From contig CAZGJX010000142.1 of NCBI GenBank assembly GCA_964525635.1, positions 1-8,893 on the forward strand: DNA of 8,893 nt, in the 5' to 3' direction. The stretch is from an uncultured archaeon. GTDB taxonomy: Archaea; Asgardarchaeota; Lokiarchaeia; Sigyniarchaeales; SOKP01. The notes under the pieces were generated by a model. It worked only from the letters and a program-made list of their open reading frames with translations, searched no databases and was not told where the DNA came from. How positions within the stretch are numbered: position 1 is the first letter of the stretch; every line of letters starts with the position of its first letter. The position numbers and the translations under genes are program-made. Shown here one piece after another: positions 5,875-8,893 of the stretch.

Positions 5875-8019
5875 ATGTTTTTGAAAAAAAGGAAAGAGAG
5901 AAATCTTATAATCTTTTTAATTTTATTCTTATGTCCTATTATATTTGGGAATTATTCTATAAACCTTACTCAAAATCAGATTTATTCTACTCAAATTAAC
6001 ACTTCAGCTAGTATTGCTGAAATAGATTTCTCTCATTTACCTGAAATCGATTATGATGCTTTAAATAAGAGTTGGTATAAACCTAAAATAGAAATGTTGA
6101 TCATTGCTCCAGAAGGAAGAGGGGATTTCATACTTGAATTAGAGCCATTAGTGGAATGGAAAAATCAAAAAGGTGTAAAAACAATAATTTTAGATAATTA
6201 TTCCTTATATGGAGGGAGAGATCCTCAAGAAAGTATACGAAATATGATCAAATCCTTTTATGAATCAGACGGAATTCGATGGGTTTTATTAGCTGGAGAT
6301 GCTCAAGATAATTTACTTCCAATCAGATATGTATATAATCCTGATACAAGAGATATAGGTAGTTCTGAAATTGTAGGTAATCTTGTTTCTAAACCAACAG
6401 ATTATTATTACGCGGACCTCACAGGAGATTGGGATGAGGATGAAGATAATTTATTTGGAGAATCTCAAGAATATAATTCTCATGGTGTTGATGAAATTGA
6501 TTGGATCCCTGAAGTATATGTTGGTAGACTACCAGCTAATAATGCAATAGAATTAGCTAAAATGGTACAAAAAACACTTAAATATGAGAAGAATCCTGAT
6601 GGGGGAGAATGGATGAATAGAATGTTATTAGCTGGAGGGATATCAGATACAATATCTGAAGAACCACCTGATGGTGAAGATGAATCTGTTTTAACAACTT
6701 ATATATGGCAAAATTATGTGCAAGATGAAATGAATTTTACTCACCTTTGGAGATCCACATCAGCATACACACCTCCCGATCCAAAAGAACCTCTTAATCA
6801 AACTAGTTTTATAGATAATTTTAATGAGGGTTATTCTACAATGATGTTCGCGGGCCATGGTGCTCCTTTTTTATATAATGATAAATCAGGGACAATCTAT
6901 ACGAACACAAACGCTCAAAATTGCAACAATACGAATAATCCATCACTTATATATGCTGATGCTTGTTCAACCTCTACATATGATATTGTTTCAGGTACAG
7001 GTAATGATAATAGTATTGGAGAAATATTAATTAATCAATCTAATAAAGGAGCAATTGGTTATGTAGGTGCTCTTAGAGTTACATGGTATTATACTGATGA
7101 TTATGATTTGGAAAGGTTAAATCGTGCAAATGCAAAATTATTTTGGAGAGAATTTTTTGAAGAAAAAAAATTCCAACAAGGAAGAACATTATATGACTCA
7201 AAGGTAACCTATATGAATACAGATTATTATAAATATGAAAGAATTCTCCCCGCCCATAGAGAAGCAGATCGTAAAAATCTCTTAACATATTGTCTCTTGG
7301 GTGATCCTGAGGTGGATATATACACAGGGATACCAAGTGAGGTAGACAATCCTTTTGAACCAAATTACTACGAAGGACAATTACTTAATATTACTATAAA
7401 AGACAATCTTGATAGAATTAGTCCATATCCTAGAGTTCATCTGAAAACAGATGATGGTATATACCATACGGAATATGGAGATAAAAATGGAAATCTGCTT
7501 ATTCGCCTGCCTCCTGGAGCTGGAAAAATATATAACGTCTCAATTTCAGGGCACAATCTTATAATCTCAAATTTTAGCTTTACAACTATAGCAGACACAG
7601 AAAGTCCAGAGATATTATATCATAGTTTAACACCAAGAAATCCCACATTACAATCTCATTTAAATTTTACAGTTATATCCCAAGATAATGAATCAGGTAT
7701 AGAAGGTGTTTTTGTACTCATTTCAAAAGATAATTTTAATAGTTATTTCTATCAAAGATATCCCTATGATTGTCATAAAGATGAGACCGAATTTAATTGT
7801 ATAACCAATCGTTTTGAACCAGGAGATTATAGTTATCTCTATTTCATTCGAGACTATTTGAATCATACAGACATTGTCTATGAATCTACTTTTAAATTTT
7901 CTATTCCAACACCTGTAACGTATTATTTACTTATCGGTAGTGTAGTTGGTATTGGAATAATAACAATTATTTCAATGTATACTGTATATTGGAGTATAAA
8001 AAAAAAAAAGAAAGATTAG
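5875..8019 (+). CDS. membrane-anchored peptidase C25 (gingipain)-like cysteine protease homologue, clan CD
   Basis: 714-aa ORF with an N-terminal signal/anchor (MFLKKRKERNLIIFLILFLCPIIFG). The C25-type N-terminal region reads MLIIAPE...WKNQKGVKT...IRWVLLAGDAQDNLLPIRY...TDYYYADLTGDWDED...EVYVGRLPANNAIELAKMVQKTLKYE. A candidate catalytic dyad is His328 in MMFAGHGAP (CAT 6856-6858) and Cys364 in LIYADACSTS (TGT 6964-6966). The 36-residue spacing is similar to gingipains. The C-terminus has beta-rich domains, then a TM helix and a KKKKKD tail. Confidence 0.8.
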   Translation: MFLKKRKERNLIIFLILFLCPIIFGNYSINLTQNQIYSTQINTSASIAEIDFSHLPEIDYDALNKSWYKPKIEMLIIAPEGRGDFILELEPLVEWKNQKGVKTIILDNYSLYGGRDPQESIRNMIKSFYESDGIRWVLLAGDAQDNLLPIRYVYNPDTRDIGSSEIVGNLVSKPTDYYYADLTGDWDEDEDNLFGESQEYNSHGVDEIDWIPEVYVGRLPANNAIELAKMVQKTLKYEKNPDGGEWMNRMLLAGGISDTISEEPPDGEDESVLTTYIWQNYVQDEMNFTHLWRSTSAYTPPDPKEPLNQTSFIDNFNEGYSTMMFAGHGAPFLYNDKSGTIYTNTNAQNCNNTNNPSLIYADACSTSTYDIVSGTGNDNSIGEILINQSNKGAIGYVGALRVTWYYTDDYDLERLNRANAKLFWREFFEEKKFQQGRTLYDSKVTYMNTDYYKYERILPAHREADRKNLLTYCLLGDPEVDIYTGIPSEVDNPFEPNYYEGQLLNITIKDNLDRISPYPRVHLKTDDGIYHTEYGDKNGNLLIRLPPGAGKIYNVSISGHNLIISNFSFTTIADTESPEILYHSLTPRNPTLQSHLNFTVISQDNESGIEGVFVLISKDNFNSYFYQRYPYDCHKDETEFNCITNRFEPGDYSYLYFIRDYLNHTDIVYESTFKFSIPTPVTYYLLIGSVVGIGIITIISMYTVYWSIKKKKKD

Positions 8020-8304
8020 GTGGAAAATATTTAATTCATGATATTTATTTTTCCTTATATTATTTCATACTACAATTCATATTTATAAAAAAAATAATAA
8101 TATCTAATTTCAAGTAGCTATTTCAATAACACATTTAAATTTAACGGTTAATATCAGTAAAGTTTAATTAGTACGTATAATTAATTCTATTCAATTTAGA
8201 CCATTATATTTTAAGTTATCATTTCATTGAAATCGAGACACTTAAATATTAAATATGGTTGTTTTAGCCATATAAAAAGATAGCATTAAGCTATAACGCT
8301 GGAA

Positions 8305-8417
8305 GTTAAACTTGAAAGCGTTGACAATAGTACTTCTGTTATTATCAGTGGGAAATGTCAAACTGTGAGTTCGCTTACGGTCATAGTCTTCAAGGAAAAT
8401 ACCCGGACCCATCCGAA
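8305..8417 (+). rRNA. rrf: 5S rRNA body segment 1: loop B 3' side, helix II 3' strand, helices V/IV with loop E, helix I capped by UUCG, loop A, helix II 5' strand, helix III 5' strand, and loop C up to CCGAA
   Basis: Landmarks in order: GUUAAAC (8305-8311); CUUGAA (8311-8316) pairing UUCAAG (8389-8394); AGCG (8317-8320); GACA (8323-8326)/UGUC (8356-8359); AGUAC (8329-8333); CUG/CAG hairpin (8336-8348); GGGAAA (8350-8355); ACUGUGAG (8362-8369)-UUCG-CUUACGGU (8374-8381); CAUAG (8382-8386); ACCCGGACCCAUCCGAA (8401-8417). Confidence 0.8.
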
Positions 8418-8447
8418 TGGCTTTCTAAATTATAGAATCTCCGGGAA
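8418..8447 (+). other. 30-nt BHB intron within loop C of the permuted 5S rRNA
   Basis: Sequence UGGCUUUCUAAAUUAUAGAAUCUCCGGGAA. Central helix UCCG(8412-8415)/CGGG(8442-8445), bulges AA|U (8416-8418) and AA|C (8446-8448), and an inner hairpin GG..UUCUA-AAUUA-UAGAA..UC. Removing it makes CCCAUCCGAA+CCCGGAA contiguous. Confidence 0.65.
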
Positions 8448-8454
8448 CCCGGAA
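8448..8454 (+). rRNA. rrf: 5S rRNA body segment 2 (CCCGGAA: end of loop C, helix III 3' strand, and start of the GAAGUUAAAC element completed by back-joining to 8305)
   Basis: After both joins the sequence reads ...ACCCGGACCCAUCCGAA|CCCGGAA|GUUAAACUUGAA..., which matches the conserved 5S helix III/loop C/loop B core. Total body is 113+7=120 nt. Confidence 0.7.
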
Positions 8455-8481
8455 ACGTTTCTTATATGGCTGAATATATTA

Positions 8482-8489
8482 TTTTTTTT
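8482..8489 (+). terminator. oligo-T tract (T8), a likely archaeal transcription terminator for the 5S precursor
   Basis: TTTTTTTT lies 11 nt downstream of the closing helix. Archaeal RNA polymerase terminates at oligo-T runs. The background is AT-rich, so specificity is limited. Confidence 0.4.
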
Positions 8490-8721
8490 ATTATCTTAAT
8501 TTATAATTTGTAGTTGAAATTCTAAAGATTGAATCTTGATAAATAAATCTTTCAAGAATCGTATTAAAATTGCTTTTTTTTTCTTTCAATGAGGTTTTGA
8601 TTCATTTTTAACCTTCTTATTATATCTTAATTTTTAATAACCTACTACTTAAAATTTTTACCAGATCCTTTTAAATATCAAAAAATCAGTTTTTTACTTA
8701 AAACCAATGAGAGAGTATTAA

Positions 8722-8893
8722 ATGAGATCGAATAAAAAATTACCAATAGTAATTGCAATTTTAATTATCTTTACGCTTCCTGCTTTTTCTAATGTTTCTA
8801 CTGCACAGGTTACTGTTGCTAATAATTCTCGTTATCAAACAGTTAGAAATACCGGATATTGGAAATTACGATTTTATGGACCAAATCCATGGG
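8722..8893 (+). CDS. N-terminus of a secreted/surface protein (partial; continues past the right edge)
   Basis: ATG at 8722, then MRSNKKLPIVIAILIIFTLPAFSNVSTAQVTVANNSRYQTVRNTGYWKLRFYGPNPW..., open to the window end. It has a basic n-region plus a hydrophobic core typical of a signal peptide. It is not in the ORF track because it has no stop. Confidence 0.55.
   Translation, partial: MRSNKKLPIVIAILIIFTLPAFSNVSTAQVTVANNSRYQTVRNTGYWKLRFYGPNPW

Larger units (their letters stand above)
8266..8471 (+). rRNA. rrf: precursor of a circularly permuted, intron-containing 5S rRNA (leader 8266-8304, body 8305-8454, trailer 8455-8471)
   Basis: GC-enriched island in an AT-rich intergenic region. It is closed by a perfect 10-bp helix AGCCATATAA(8266-8275)/TTATATGGCT(8462-8471) and followed by a T8 run. 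The interior carries all the 5S landmarks, but in permuted order (see findings). Confidence 0.8.

Noticed and set aside
7999-8019. Poly-A tracts at the 3' ends of the two surface-protein genes (also 3121-3140) as slippage or phase-variation sites
   Set aside because: They simply encode the cytoplasmic poly-Lys tail after the TM helix. A frameshift there would only alter the last few residues, so there is no evidence of a phase-variable switch.
8295-8322. A local hairpin AACGCU(8295-8300)...AGCGUU(8317-8322)
   Set aside because: It competes with 5S helix II (CUUGAA/UUCAAG) and with the BHB helices, and it would sequester conserved loop A/loop B residues. It may be a transient precursor alternative but is not needed to explain the locus.
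8402-8445. A 6-bp pairing CCCGGA(8402-8407)/UCCGGG(8440-8445), which would make 8408-8439 an enlarged loop C (an expansion insertion retained in the mature 5S)
   Set aside because: It would leave a duplicated, displaced CCCGGAA and a 150-nt RNA. The BHB reading instead gives exactly the conserved contiguous core and 120 nt. It remains the main alternative and is testable by sequencing the mature RNA.
8266-8471. The structured RNA island interpreted as SRP (7S) RNA, RNase P RNA or a riboswitch
   Set aside because: There is no SRP helix-8 GGAA/AGCA-type motif in the right context and no RNase P CR-I/CR-V (GAGGAAAGUCC-like) element. The length is wrong for both. Its own closing helix plus the T-run argue for a stand-alone RNA, and every segment is accounted for by 5S elements.
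1-8893. CRISPR arrays, transposases or integrases, toxin-antitoxin pairs, and defence-island signatures
   Set aside because: There are no regularly spaced direct repeats, no terminal inverted repeats flanking an ORF, and no recognisable nuclease, ATPase or defence domains. The content looks like housekeeping and surface-protein genes.

Overview
This is a very AT-rich window that looks like archaeal chromosome. Supporting signs are an aIF2-gamma gene, a RecJ/DHH-like gene, bulge-helix-bulge (BHB) RNA-processing motifs, an oligo-T terminator and sequon-rich membrane-anchored surface proteins. Gene order: a partial RecJ-like DHH phosphoesterase (-, open to the left edge and missing from the ORF track); an Asn-rich membrane-anchored surface protein (+); a small hypothetical (+); aIF2-gamma (-); a small Cys/His protein (-); a membrane-anchored peptidase-C25 (gingipain)-like protein (+); a GC-enriched structured RNA island (+); and the 5' end of another secreted protein (+). 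No CRISPR array, transposase or integrase was seen. The two main findings are at the RNA level. (1) The two ORFs 4688..5110 and 3474..4523 are one aIF2-gamma gene interrupted inside the P-loop. Removing exactly 29 nt (4667..4695) rebuilds the missing invariant Lys codon, and the flanks fold into a canonical hBHBh' motif, so this is an archaeal endonuclease-type intron in an mRNA. (2) The RNA island 8266..8471 contains every 5S rRNA element, but in circularly permuted order. Helix I is capped by a UUCG tetraloop, the new ends sit in a BHB motif, and loop C carries a second 30-nt BHB intron. In-silico cutting and joining gives exactly 120 nt with a contiguous CCCAUCCGAACCCGGAAGUUAAAC core, which implies a circular or permuted mature 5S rRNA. 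Everything here comes from hand translation, hand folding and remembered family motifs. No searches or energy calculations were run.
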